Source: Blastocystis sp. Blastoise
Lineage: Eukaryota; Protista; Bigyra: Opalinata
NCBI GenBank assembly: GCA_039096225.1
Contig: JBBPEB010000025.1
Coordinates: forward strand, 310,001 to 374,000
Direction of reading: 5' to 3'
Length of the DNA stretch: 64,000 bases
The stretch's first letter is position 1; each line of letters opens with the position of its first letter. Of the stretch, positions 1-15,313 are shown in pieces. Under the pieces are notes generated by a model, which was not told where the DNA came from, searched no databases, and saw only the letters and a program-made list of their open reading frames with translations. The position numbers and the translations under genes were made by a program.

Positions 1-617
1 TTATTATTATCAATTGTGTTGAGAATATCCTCAGTATTATTTGAGATATTCTTTGATGTTTCTTCATTTTGATTGGAGGATTCTTCAATGGGGGTTTCTG
101 TTATGGGGGTTTCGGAAACACTAATACTCATAGGTGTAGACAAGATACTTTGAGCAGAAGGAGTACTAGAAGCAGAAGTCGATATACTATTGGTAGGAAT
201 TTGTACGGATAACGATGAGGGAATATTGATTTGTTTAGTAGATTCTATTTCTGCTTTAGTATAAAGTAGTGTTTTCATAGATGTTTCTAATGCTATTCCT
301 CTATCTGGAAGAGAAGGAATCGTTCGAATGGCCGAGAGGAAACTACTGATATCACCCATTATACTATAGAATACGAGAGATTAAGGAGTTGTATATAGAC
401 ATACAGTATAGATAATATATATAGTATATATAACATAAGAATATATTATATATATGTCTTAGTATCTTTACTATAAGATGACTATATATATATAAATACC
501 GGTCTTTAGCAGCAGTATTGAGGTCTCTTAAAGGAACTGTGGCGAATGAATCGAGGAATAGTGTAGTACAAGATGACACTATACGACCAAATATTAACTA
601 TATAATAATATAATTTG

Positions 618-699
<82 letters not shown>

Positions 700-998
700 T
701 ATATATATATATATATATATAGTACCTGGATATGTTCTTCAGTAAGAATAGGAGAAAGTTGTCCATATAGCATATTAATCTTCTTTATAATAGTATCCAT
801 GTACGGAGAAGGAGGAGTTTCAGGAGTGAACCAATCAATTCTCTAGAAAAGAAATATAAAATAAAATAAATAAAAATAGAATATATATATATATATATAT
901 ATGTATATACAGGTATTTCTAAACATGATTTTTGAGCAATTCCATAGATCATTTCTGGTAATTTATATAGTAACTGTTGTCTATGATCCATATAGATC

Positions 999-1040
<42 letters not shown>

Positions 1041-1533
1041 GAAGAAGAAGAAGAAATATATATATATATATACATTAGATATTCCACTAATAAGTTCTTT
1101 GAGTATTTTGTGTTGCAGAGGAGGAAGATAAAGAGATATATTGGATTGAATACAAGGTAATAAGGAATATAAGCAGCCGATACATTGAGATACAATAGCT
1201 AGAAGGAAATATAGAATAAGATAGTATTCAGTTAGCATTTATTTGGTATATATATAATAGTATTTATATATAATATATATATATTCATATAATAAATGTA
1301 ATAAAATAGTATATAATATATACCTATATGCTTAGCATTAATTCTTTTTAAATATCCCTTCACAACTGCCTGAGCATTTAAAATTAAATTATTTGTCATA
1401 TTATCATATAACTATATACATATATATATAATTATAATTATTAATTAATAATAATCAACATAATGTAATATAATATATATATATATATATATAAGTTATA
1501 ATAAAAGATTTATGAATATGGTCTATTCTTGAA

Positions 1534-1584
<51 letters not shown>

Positions 1585-2017
1585 CTTCAGTATATCGAAT
1601 ACTCTATACATGACATCTGTTCCTAGTCCCTGAAAAGACTTGGCATATAATATATATACAAACATCATCTTTATACACTCTAACACACTACTACTAACAC
1701 AGAAATACTGATTACTGATGAATAACCGCGGGGATGCAGCAGACACATCATTATTTGAATTACCTAATGTATATGTAGCCTCTTCAGGATGGTCTATCAT
1801 TAATTGAATTTGTTTTTGTATATCACTTGGTACCAGGGTGGGCTTCCAGTTCTCTTCCGTTAATAGCCGTTTCATTGTGTCTAACTGAATACTATGAACA
1901 TATTCCAACGAGCTTCGCACTTGTTTCATTAGGGATGCTAAAAGGAGTTTCCCGCGTGTTCCAAACATTCTTCCCGCCACAGTAACAAAATCTAATGTAT
2001 GTGACCATACCTATAAC

Positions 2018-2113
<96 letters not shown>

Positions 2114-3724
2114 TTAATTCATTTAAATTCATTTCTTTATGTAAATTGGCTCGACACTCAATAATAGACCCCAAATTCTTTTGAATTAGGGACCATATAG
2201 AAGTATATACCCCCATATTATATTGAGATGCTTCCGCTTGTTCACTTTTTGTTATACTTAATATATCTATATTATTATGTTCTTTATCATCATTGGTTGG
2301 AATATATAATAAAACATTTGAGCATGTGGAATTCACCTTCTTGGCACGTGTTGAACATTCTAAGAACTTCTCACAAATAAGATCCAATAGGAATAAGAAA
2401 TCTTTATGAGGTAAAGTACGAATAAACTCTTCATATTCAGATTCCCCGCGATTATATGCAGAAAATAATGAAATAGATCCACTGGTATTTTCTGGAGACG
2501 AAGGAGAATTGAAAGTTACTGTTTTTGAGGGATTTAAGGTATTCATAATCTATAATATAATATATATATTAATAATAATAGAATAATAATTCTAAGAAAG
2601 AAGATTTCGAAATATTATTTATAATATAGGTTACAAAATACTATATATATATACAGTGTTAATAAGTTCGGTTAGTTGCTGTTCTGCTTTGGTTTTATAA
2701 TCAAATAGCGCGCTTTTTAACCCGCGTAAACGAAGTAAATATTGAATAATAGGAGATAAACGGCTTTCAATAGATTCTATATATAGTAATATATATATAT
2801 ATATTGTAATATAATTATATATACCTTCATGTGAAGATGTTTTCATTTCTTCTTCTATATATATAATATAATATAATATAATATAATATAATATAATATA
2901 ATATAATATAATATATATATATATATATACGTGCATCATCTTCATTATCAGCATCATCATCATCATCATTATTATCATCTCTTTCTCTCTTCTTCATATT
3001 CTTCTTCTTCTTCTCTTCATGTTTCTTCTCTCCCTCTTTTCCTTCTAAATCTAATCCTATCACAGTGAATTGAGTACTTAATTTAGTTATTAACTTCTTC
3101 TTTAATACTTCAATCTCATCAATATATCCTTTTAAAGCTTTTAATTTTGACATATCTCCACGGAATAATTTTTGACATTTATAAATCATTTTCATACAAT
3201 CATCATATTGATCTCTATATATATATAGTAGTATATAGTATAGTATATAGTATAGTTTAGTATAGTATAGTTTAGTATAGTATAATATAATATATATATA
3301 TATATATATATACTTATTTAAACTCTTTTGTGCTTTTAGAATCGTTTTATTGATTTCAATCATTGTCATAATCATCACTTGTACTTTCTTGGCGTTATCT
3401 TTTCTTCGTACGAGAGTGGGGATTCGAAGAGGAGATAGCACATACTTATCATCTATATTCTGTATATGATGTCTATATAATAATAAGTATAATAAACATA
3501 ATAATAAGTATAATAAACATAATAATAAGTATAATAAACATAATAAGTATAATAAATATAATAATAAGTATAATATATACCTTAATGTGTTAATTTGATT
3601 AACTGTATTATCTACACTTGTCTGGAATGATTGTATTTCACTAACAGCAACAAATAAACGTTTTGATTGGACAGATATCTGCTGCATTAAACAGATTTCA
3701 ACGATATCCAAATACCCAGATAAC

Positions 3725-3756
<32 letters not shown>

Positions 3757-4453
3757 TATATATACCTTATATTGAATAACCTTTGGATTTTCACGGGGAT
3801 CGAGAACTAATTGATATATAGCTTCTTCATTCAAAGAAAAAGATTCATCAAAGAATATCTATATATATAATAATATATACATATAATAATATATATAATA
3901 TATATAGTAATAGATATACAGAAGGAACTTTTTCATAACACATATCTAAATCTTCTTGACCTATATATATTAATAATAATAATAATAATAATCATATATA
4001 CAATCTTTAGGATTCATATTTTTGCCTGCATTTTCTGTTTTATATCGAATTGTTGTTTGATATCTTTCAATTAACTATATATATATATAATGATTAATAA
4101 TATTAAAAAAATAATAGTAATAATAAATATACTATAAATAATTCTTTATTTAAATATATACTTTAGACATTTTTCTTAAATAAGGTTCGAATGTTGTATT
4201 AATGATTTGAGATGGAGTCAAAGTGGGTTGTTCCGTTGGCTCTATGACTTCTACAGTTTCATTATATTTATAAGTTTTAGGATTGATAATAACAGATGAC
4301 GCGTTAGTAGTTTCTAAATACGGTAATTTTGATATGAGTTTCTTCTGTTCATCAGTCACAATAACTATTGAAGGCTTATATTCATCGTCATCTAGATAAA
4401 ATAAGAATAAAAGGAGGTGATGTCATACGAGAATTATCTGTTGGTTGCTCCAT
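1..4453 (-). CDS. VPS54: GARP complex subunit Vps54, multi-exon; 3' end runs off the window
   Basis: Spliced start MEQPTDNS|HDDEYKPSIVIVTDEQ. Vps54-like blocks LDIVEICLMQQISVQSKRLFVAVSEIQ, MKRLLTEENWKP and YDNMTNNLILNAQAVVKGYLKRINAKHI|AIVSQCIGCLYSLLP (cf. Vps54 ..LVLGAGA..LKSITAKHLALASQ). GT-AG introns keep frame at the junctions checked. Confidence 0.9.
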
Positions 4454-4641
4454 TTTTATATCTTAGTATCTTTATAATAAATACTAGTAATAAATAATAA
4501 TAAAATCACGAAATACTCAAGGATGGAAGTAAATTCCATACAGAAAAGAATAGAAATTTTTTTTTTGTAAAGAAAAATTCCCGTGATTATCTCATTCTCG
4601 AAATGAATAAAGATATTTGCGGTTTTAACTAAGGGTCTAAA

Positions 4642-4696
4642 GAGATAATTCATACTCAGCATAGTATTATATAAAAACTTGAGAGTCAGCATAGTG
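4642..4696 (+). repeat. MULE-A left TIR
   Basis: GAGATAATTCATACTCAGCATAGTATT...GTCAGCATAGTG is the near-perfect reverse complement of 20732-20785; contains TCAGCATAGT twice. Confidence 0.95.
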
Positions 4697-4852
4697 AAAT
4701 ACATAGACGACTGTCCCACGGGGTTAATAACAATTCGGCAATGTTTTTATAATACAAAAATCAAATAAAATAATCATTGTTCTTTTTCAACAATTAAAGA
4801 GGCAAAATTGAATTCTTAATTATTTTGCTTGTATTATTAAATATATACAAAA

Positions 4853-7800
4853 ATGTCAGACTTTGACCTAGACAAGATCATAGATGACATAAAAACAGAA
4901 GATTTAGAGCAGTACAAGGCTCACATCCCGGAAATGCTGACAGTATGTTTTAAAAATGGTTTTATCGATTCTTTAGAGACATAAACAAAGCAACATAACA
5001 ATAAATCAATTAACAAAAGCAACAGCTAATAGATTTTCGAAAAAGCAAGCAATGAATGTCGAGTCACTTATAAAAGAAAATGATTTTAATGGTTTCTTTA
5101 CAAAAAGCATGGCATATCCATTTATAATTGGAAGAAACATCGGTCTTTATAAGAGGTTCAACATTTGTCAGACATTCAATTCAAGACCAGAAGTGGAATC
5201 ATTCATTAGACTCTGGTCCCATGTAAACGGTTACTCATTACTTATAGAAAGAAGTAACAAAACAACGATACGTTTTATTTGTCCGATCATGGAATGTAAT
5301 TTCGTTGTCCAGTACACTTATCATGATGGTTCTTTCAACATTACCCATTTTCACAATCACGATACAGATGTATATATATATATTTAAACATTTTTTTTTA
5401 TTTAATACTTAATCATTTACTTGTCATTTACTTTTTATTCTTTTATTAAAGTTATAATACATTATATTTTATCATTACGAATGTATTCTGATATAGAAGT
5501 GCTCAAAAATTATAACAAATTATATTGAAATTTTGAATGGAAATAGAATTAGAAAATCCGTGTATAATTATTTTTGGAAATTGCTCCAGTCAGAAAATAC
5601 AAACATTATAGTATCTAATGATAGTCCAAAAGATACTATGAATTTTAATGATACTAGAGAGATTACTTCATCTTCTGATTATAAAGGTATAATTTCAAAT
5701 TTAAATAAAAATATTAATTCCTCTAATATATTACTCATGAATAGCGAACAAAATATTTATGAAGAAGATATTTTAGAAGAAAAATTTACTCCAGAAGAAG
5801 AAAGAATAATTAATTCTTTGAATGATAATGAAGCAAACAAAGTATTCATATCTTCATTTATTGATGATACTATGGAACGAATGAGAAAACAATACGAACC
5901 TTCAGTGAAGAATAATGAAATATATAATTTATATATGGATTATGATAATAGTGATAATGAAGATACTATGAATGATAATACTTACATGAATATGAGTACT
6001 AATGATTATATTCCTGCTAATAATGATTATACTAATAATAATAATGATACTAACAATAATTATACTAATAATGATTATACTAATAATAATGATTATACTA
6101 ATAATAATAATGATACTTCTAATACTAATAATTGTTATAATTCTATTACTAATAACGACGATACTAATAATAATACTTTGAATACTACTAATAGTAATAA
6201 TGGTTATAATTCTATTACTAATAATAATACTTTGAATACTACTAATAATGATACTTCTAATACTAATAATGATACTTCTAATACTAATAATGGTTATAAT
6301 TCTATTACTAATAATTCTGTTACTAATAATAATACTTTGAATACTACTAATAATAATAATGGTTATAATTCTATTACTAATAATAATACTTTGAATACTA
6401 CTAATAATGATACTTCTAATACTAATAATGATACTTCTAATACTAATAATGGTTATAATTCTATTACTAATAATTCTGTTACTAATAATAATACTTTGAA
6501 TACTACTAATACTAATAATGGTTATAATTCTATTACTAATAATAATACTTTGAATACTACTAATAATGATACTTCTAATACTAATAATGATACTTCTAAT
6601 ACTAATAATGGTTATAATTCTATTACTAATAATTCTGTTACTAATAATAATACTTTGAATACTACTAATAATAATAATGGTTATAATTCTATTACTAATA
6701 ATAATACTTTGAATACTACTAATAATGATACTTCTAATACTAATAATGATACTTCTAATACTAATAATGGTTATAATTCTATTACTAATAATTCTGTTAC
6801 TAATAATAATACTTTGAATACTACTAATACTAATAATGGTTATAATTCTATTACTAATAATAATACTTTGAATACTACTAATAATGATACTTCTAATACT
6901 AATAATGATACTTCTAATACTAATAATGGTTATAATTCCATTACTACTAATAATAATGATACTTCTAACACTAATACTAATAATAATCTTGTGAATACAA
7001 TTTCCAACGATGATATTATGAATAATGATACTATAGGTACACTAAATAATATAAAAGGTATATTAATACTATTACTAGTAATATAATTATATATATATAC
7101 ATATATAGGTTTTAATGATGATGAAAATCAATTATTAGCTAACGCATTAAATAAACGATCTTTAAATGATGTAGATAATTCAATTAGAACGGTTTCATTT
7201 GAAGATTTTCAGAAGTTAATTAATAATCTAAAAGATAGTGTAAACATTGCATATGTTGATAAAAGTACCAAGAACATCTTTAAGGATCCTCTTAATTCTA
7301 CTTTTGTATCTTGCTATCTTGAATGTCACAAAAAATACAGATCTATGACTATAAAAGATACGATAAATGATATTAAGCTTCTATTTCCTAATCTAAACTA
7401 TAATCAAATATATTACTCTGTCACTTCCTTCTTTACTGCAAATGATAATTCTTATAGTTTTATCCCTCAAATAATTGAGGGTATTAACAATATAAATACT
7501 TATAATCAAGCATTTTATCAATTATATGATGGAAAGAAAGTAGATAATAAGAAAGCATTTCAAACTATCCAATTTGTTAATACTGAAATCGAAGATGATT
7601 CTATTAATAACAAACTTCTGTGCTGCGCCACTATGTTAGCTGAAAATATAAAGCTATTAAAGTATTCTCCACCAGTGATTTTCCTCGACGGCACTTTTAT
7701 GGGATTGGGTTCAACTGTAACACTAGTTATTACTGGTATATATATATCATCTTATCAATTCTATTATTTTTTATAATATATTTTTTATGTAATATATATA

Positions 7801-10100
7801 AATTATTTATTATATTGTCAATTATATTATATTGTCTATTATATTATCTTCAATTATGTAACATATTACTATTTATATTGTTTATTATATTATATCTCAT
7901 ATTATCAGTTATATTAATAATTTTTCTACCTATTATCTTTTCTATTATCATTTGTATTGATTATAATTTATTTATGTTTATGTTATCATTTGTATTCTAT
8001 ATTATATATTGTATATTATCTTTTCTATTATTTTTTAAAATATACATCATATAGTCTCTTTTTATTAAGTATTAGCTGTTGAATTATTTATTTCCATTTA
8101 TACTATCTATTATACTTTTTCTATGATATATATTCTTCTATATCTTCTTTGAAGTCATCTATTGTAATAAATGTTATGCACTATTTTATATATTATCCTT
8201 TATATTATATAATATATCATAGTATCTATTATATATTATATATTCTATTATATATTATATATTATGCATTCTATTATTTATTATATATTCTATTATATAT
8301 TATATATTCTATTATATATTATATATTCTATTATATATTATATATTCTATTATATATTATATATTCTATTATATATTCTATTATATATTATATATTATAT
8401 TATATATTCTATTATATATTATATATTATATTATATATTATATTATATATATAATATAATATATTATAAGTTATTATATGTTTTTATAGCAGTAAATGTG
8501 AACCATGAAAGTATGTGCTTAGGTTTTGGTTTTTACCCTAGTGAAAGCGAGGAAGCTTGGATTTCAATTTTAACCCCCCTAAAGAAATTATTAAATACCT
8601 TTTATCCAAGAATTGATTTTACTTTCATGTCAGACCAAGCAAAGGGCATTAAAAGTGCTGTGAAGAATGTTTTCCCTGATAGTGCACATATCTTGTGCTT
8701 CTTCCATCTTCTTCAGGATTATTTAGCTATAGATCCTCAAACCAAAAGATATATTATAGATTGCTACAAATCAGATACTTTCTTCGAAGCTCAAGAAGTA
8801 TCACAAAAAATAACAAATATTGAAATTAGAAATAAGATTATGGATGTTTGGCAGAACAATGAGAAGAGTCAAAGTCAGTACAAAAACATATGTAGATGGT
8901 ATATATCATCTAGTGTAGCAGAAAGCTACAACAGAATTTTGAAGAAATACCGTAATCTTCCCCTTCATATTATGTTCATTTCAATTTATAATTATGGTCT
9001 CAATAAGCAAATAGCCATTATGCAGAACATTCCAAAAGATAAACTATTATTACCTTACTTCGAAAAAATATATACAAAAATATGTCAAGAGAAATACCAT
9101 ATAACCGATATAAACAAAGGAATTAGTGCATATATTAACGACGGTGTAGAATATGAAGTGGATTTATCACTTATGAAGTGCTCCTGCAAAGAATTTCAGA
9201 ATAAGAATACACCATGTAAGCATGCCATTATTTTAATAAAACACTTGTTAAACACCAAAACAATTGATGATAAGATCCTTCCTCCAATATTGAAGAGTAT
9301 AAATAACAATTTATATATCTCTCAATATGCAAATTATAAGCCAAAGTATATATTATTTATTGCTATAAATATAAGAATTATTTCATTATTATATTATATT
9401 TTTAATTCTTATCCTTATTGTATTCATCATATAAACTATTTATTACATGTAATAATATAATTTTTAAATAAATACTTTTATTGATACTTATTGTTCATCA
9501 TATATACTATTTATTACATGTAATAATATAATTTTTAAATAAATACTTTTATTAATACTTATAGTATACATCATGATTTATATTTATAATGATGTTATAT
9601 TTAACTTTTCTTATAGTTTATTATATTAATATATAAATATTAGTTTACATTTTATAAAGCTTTTTTTTTTCTGTATATTTTAATATAATATTTATTTAAT
9701 ACTCTGGATAAGATATATTACTATTTTATTTTTTAAGATAAAAGAATATTGATTTTATATTCTATATTATATATATATAGTTGTTTTATTATTTTTTTAA
9801 TATGTATAATACACATTCTTTATAGTAAATTTTTAATGATTTTTTAATATAATATGCATATTGACATATGTATTATATATGTTATTTATTATAAAAAAAT
9901 TTCTGTAAATTTATTTCCTATATGATTCTAATTTATAATTTGTTTTTATATATCTATTTAGAAATATAATTTCTCATTATATATACTTATTTGTTTATAG
10001 AAAACTAATCTTATTAAATAAATTATAAGTTATTTATTTTTATTGTGAATAGAATCATATATGTATTATTATTCAAATATTCTTTAATTATATTTTTATA

Positions 10101-10146
<46 letters not shown>

Positions 10147-10569
10147 CCCATTATTTATTCATTATATTTGCAATCAATTAATAATACTATTATTCCATTT
10201 TATATTCATTTCACAATATTTTCTATATATATTATTATCGTAGTTTATTTTTAATCTATACATATATAATATATATCATATGGATTAGTTATATTAATAT
10301 CTATATACATAGTAATAAGAATATATTGTATAACATCATTTTATCATATCTATATCCATAGGTTACTTGATCAATCTGTTCTGGAATCTTCTCCACATGT
10401 AAAAATCCTAAAACCATCGTATGCTCTACAATCAAGAGGGAAACCACAAGTGAACAGAATGAAACGAAAAAGTGAAGAAAGCATGACCAAAAGAAAAAGA
10501 AAGGTACCTTATGTTAAAAGAGCAGTTCCATATGAAGATCAGATTGGAATTCACGATCTTATTATATAA
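4853..10569 (+). CDS. Mutator (MuDR-type) DDE transposase, 6 exons
   Basis: Approximate exons 4853-4942, 4977-5368, 5496-7057, 7110-7735, 8490-9345, 10362-10569 splice in frame. N-terminal C-x4-C...HxH DNA-binding domain; MULE core FLDGTF...MSDQAKGIKSAV...HILCFFHL...SSSVAESYN; SWIM finger CSCKEFQNKNTPCKH; basic C-terminal tail RGKP. Confidence 0.93.
6202..6945 (+). repeat. Coding tandem repeat, 159-bp (53-aa, Asn/Thr-rich) unit, ~4.6 copies
   Basis: GGTTATAAT recurs at 6202, 6361, 6520, 6679, 6838, with an intermediate copy 90 bp after each. Confidence 0.9.
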
Positions 10570-11189
10570 AGTTATTTATCTGCATTCTATTCTCTTGTTA
10601 TTATCTATTTCATATTATCATATATCAGTATATATATTTCTACATATTAGCTAACTTCTACTCTCTATTATCTATATATATATATATATTATCTATTTTT
10701 ATATGACTATAAAATATATATATCGTCTATACTATATATAGATTTGTTTATATACTATTTATACATTTATCTATTTTCTATCATTTTCTCTGTAAACATA
10801 TATATTATTCATTTATCTATATATTCTTTAAATATATATATATTTATCTATTTTCATATTATATATGTTATCTATTGATTTATATCTGTTTTCTATATAT
10901 ATATATTTTTATATATTTATATATATCTATTCTCATATTATATATATATTATTCATACATTTATACATACATACTATTCGTATAGCATCTTATTTCATAT
11001 TACTATATATATATACTTTTTCTATCTATATATTATCTATATATTTATCTATTTTCTATCACTTGATATATATATATATATATATATATTATTATAGATT
11101 ACCTATTTATCAGTATATATATTATCAATCTATTTTATCTATATATTTTGCATATATCATCTATATATTATCTATATATTATCTGTATA

Positions 11190-11400
11190 TTAAATATTAA
11201 TATGTTATCAATCTATTTATTATCTATATATTATCAATCTATTTATTATCTATATGTTATCAATCTATTTATTATCTATATATTATCAATCTATATATTA
11301 TCTATATATTATCGATCTATTTATTATCTATATATTATCAATCTATTTATTATCTATATATTATCAATCTATATATTATCTATATATTATCGATCTATTT
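11190..11400. repeat. AT-rich minisatellite (TATTATCAATCTAT(T/A)/TATTATCTATA units)
   Basis: Visible tandem units downstream of the MULE-A transposase stop codon. Confidence 0.75.
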
Positions 11401-14104
11401 TTTTTCTTTATATGTCATATATTTGCATATTCTCTTATTCTATGTAGATATGTACTTATGTGTATTAATAACGAATTTATATATATATATATACTTTTGT
11501 ATTTTGTTTAATTTTCAATTCTTATTTACACAGCATACTTCATTATATGAATACCCCCATTTTGATCAACATTACTGAAAAATGTTCTTGATACAACATA
11601 TAAAGTCATTGGAATCTGTTTTCATATACTGATTATTCTTAATTCATATTGTATTCGTATTCAAACAAGAATTCTCTATCAGATGGTAAATAACTTCGAG
11701 CATCTGTAATTATGGTTCAAGTACAGATTCTTAAAAATTTAATCTATTTCACATTAGTAATAATCTAGATAATACGATTTTCCATTCATTAACACAATGA
11801 GATTCATTTAAACTATGAGTGAATACAACTAAATCAACCGATTCAAAAAAAAATTATATATTTTAGAGTCATTGAATAAATAAAACCTAAAGCATAGCAT
11901 GTTGAAGTGCTTGATAAACTCTTAAGATACTTTAAAGGCTTACAATCAGACATCATTTCCATCAAGAATCACTTTTTTAATCAAAACAACTATCCATACA
12001 GAAACGTACCACATGTAGCAAAATAACAGATTCAATAAAAAAATAGTAGCTTTTGAACCAACTTTGTAGATTGGTAATGCATTCATATTCAAGAAAAGCT
12101 TTTCTATATATAAATAATTAATTAAAATAGGAGTAGCTAAATGTTCTATAACAATTGAACAAGTTATTATCATGTTTTAAGAATATATTTAAAAAATAAA
12201 ATATTAAAATAGCATAAAAATTACATGATATTATAATAGCTATAACAAATAGAGTATGATAATGGTGTATACTAAATTAATTGAGATAGATCGGAAAATG
12301 AATTGAACTGTAACATAATAATAACTCCCTAAAAAGTGATTGTTTACCTTTGAATTCATTGTTCGATTCAATCCAACAGCTCAATTGACTATATAAAAAT
12401 ATTAAAAAAATGAATTAGATTACATGAAAGGTTTTATTATCAATAAAGCCTCAATTTGAATACTACTACTAATAATAAAGCAGAAAATGCTATAATCCAT
12501 TCAATATAAAATAATAATTAAAAAAAAAAAGAAAAATAAAGAATAAAAAATAATTTACTAAGCTTATTACTTATTAAATCTCATATTTTGAGATAAAATT
12601 AAAAAAAATATTTATTTGCATTATTTGATAGTGTACTATTGTTTATTGAAACACAAGGACATAGAATATAAGCGATTAACGTCATTTAGACATCATTAAT
12701 TTTCTCAAAAGCATTTATTGCTCCTTTTGACACTAAAAAATGAAAAGGAATACACGAAAAATACAAAATTTGCATTCAATAATTGAAATTAAACTATTCA
12801 CGAAGAATCATTTTTTCCATCTGACCTTTTATAATAAAAAATTGAATTATCCCTGTTGTGTACAAGTTATAGAATACATTAAAATAAACTAAAAGAGTTT
12901 TTTTATGCTACACAAATTATCAAAATAGTCATTAGTTTATTATTAAATATGATAAATATATTTCTATTAATATAATATACGATAAGAATTATTTATTATA
13001 TAAAAAAATCTAATTTTGTGTCACAATCATCCCATTATGTTTTAAAGAAAGCTATCAGAAGTGTATAAAATATTAAAAATTCGTTTCTAACTTACAATGG
13101 TGGATAATTTATATGTTTAGAGGCATATAAAAAAGAAGTAGAAATCATTGATTACTAAATAATATATTAGTTGTACTATTTAACATTATAGTATTATTTA
13201 AATGAATAAAATCACTATCAAATCGTTCAATTCAGCTTATATGAATAACATCATGAAAAAAAAATTTAATCTTTTTTGAAGCAACTCAGCAATTTTTCAG
13301 CAATATTTTATATTGACTAGATAATATCAAATTGATTTATTCTTGATAAATGATTAGTTGAAATTAGTCATAGCATGAATGGTTTACATGGTAGTGGTGA
13401 AACTGCCAAGAATATTATGGCCCATTGCATTTTCAAATTATGTTTCTTTTAGATCCTTGTTAAATACTACTATATATAAAATAATAATGGATCAGGGATT
13501 ACTTGGACTTTTAAAAGTATGTAATTTATATATTTTCTTTGTGCATTATCATAATATTTTTATAATATATAGATTTCATGAGATATACTTGAATTCTTGT
13601 TGTATTTCTTTCAATTTATTATATTTATAGTTCTATTATAGTTTTCTTTATAGGATTGGAGATTAGTCTTTGTTGATTGTCAAACATTTTAAGTAAGTCT
13701 TTAATTATTATGAATTATTTCTTTGTTTTTCTCCATATTATATATAATACTTTATGAATTTGTCATATTATATAGACATTGTGTACCTAATTATAGATGT
13801 GTAGATGGATTTGCTATATAGATGCTATGACTCCTTAACTGCTATTTTTTAGCATTATTATATTATTAATATCTGCAAGTGAGTTATTATTTTTTAATCA
13901 GAAAAAGTAATCTTTCTAGATAGTATATGTATATATATTAATTTATTTATTGTATTAAATATATTATTCTGCTTATGACTAACTTATTGTATTTATTATT
14001 ATGAATATATTTATTTTTATATAGGTCTATAAATGTTATACAAAGTGGTACTTTTGCCTGTTTTATTGTTTCAGCTCAATATCAATAAACAAATTTACAT
14101 CAGA

Positions 14105-14136
<32 letters not shown>

Positions 14137-14626
14137 CAAAAGTATTGTTTATTATGTTGATTTTATTAACATCGTTATATTATTATTTTATTATTATTAT
14201 GAATGATAATATGTATTATTCTATAGTCATGTTAATGTAGTATATTATCCGTTACTTTGAGATTTGAGACAAGAAGTCTGGAGATTCAGAACCAAAAACA
14301 CATTCTATATAAAGTATATATATATACTTTATATATACATATATATACTTTATATATATATAATTATTATTGTACTTATTATAATTATTATTGTATTCAT
14401 CATTTTATTATAGTTATTATTATATTCATCTTTTATTGTAGTTATTATTACTATGCTTATGTATATAGTATTAGATTGTATATTAACAAGTCTATCTCTC
14501 ATTTTTTTTCTCTCTTGTTATCACTCTTTCTCTTCTATACTCACAGTAATGCTCCAAATATACATAAATATTTAAATAAATAATGCTTAACCTTCTCTAC
14601 TTTCAGTCGTTATAAATGTATATATA

Positions 14627-14715
<89 letters not shown>

Positions 14716-14740
14716 CTTATTATTATACTTATTATTATAC

Positions 14741-14866
<126 letters not shown>

Positions 14867-14867
14867 G

Positions 14868-15244
14868 GAATATATTTTGATTAAAATGTTATTGAATATC
14901 TATATATGTGTCTTAATGGATACTGAAGATGAAGATATTCATATATCTTTAACAGATGGTATTGTCTGCTATGAGTATATATATATATTTATATATCGTT
15001 ATTATTATTATTATTAATATATATATATAGACATATGTATATGAATCAAAATACTAATACTGAAAATGAAGAAGGTATATATATATGTATATAATAATAA
15101 TATATATATATATAGAAAGTCCAGTAAGTGTATTAGTTGATCTTTGTACTTCTCTATTAATATTTAATAATAAGACCCTTCGTGTTGTTCTTAATCAAGT
15201 ATATATATTATATATCATGTATTATATATATATTATATATCATG

Positions 15245-15313
<69 letters not shown>

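Noticed and set aside
6202-6945. Regular repeats resembling a CRISPR array
   Set aside because: Contiguous in-frame coding repeat without unique spacers, in eukaryotic DNA.
11890-11910. AGCATGTTGAAG shared with 50291 in MULE-B
   Set aside because: Only 12 bp, in opposite orientation relative to the transposases; insufficient to claim shared cargo.
12357-12372. T-loop-like ATTG-TTCGATT-CAAT
   Set aside because: No acceptor stem or other arms found.
13376-13450. E1-enzyme-like GLHGSGETAKNI peptide
   Set aside because: Too short and not extendable.
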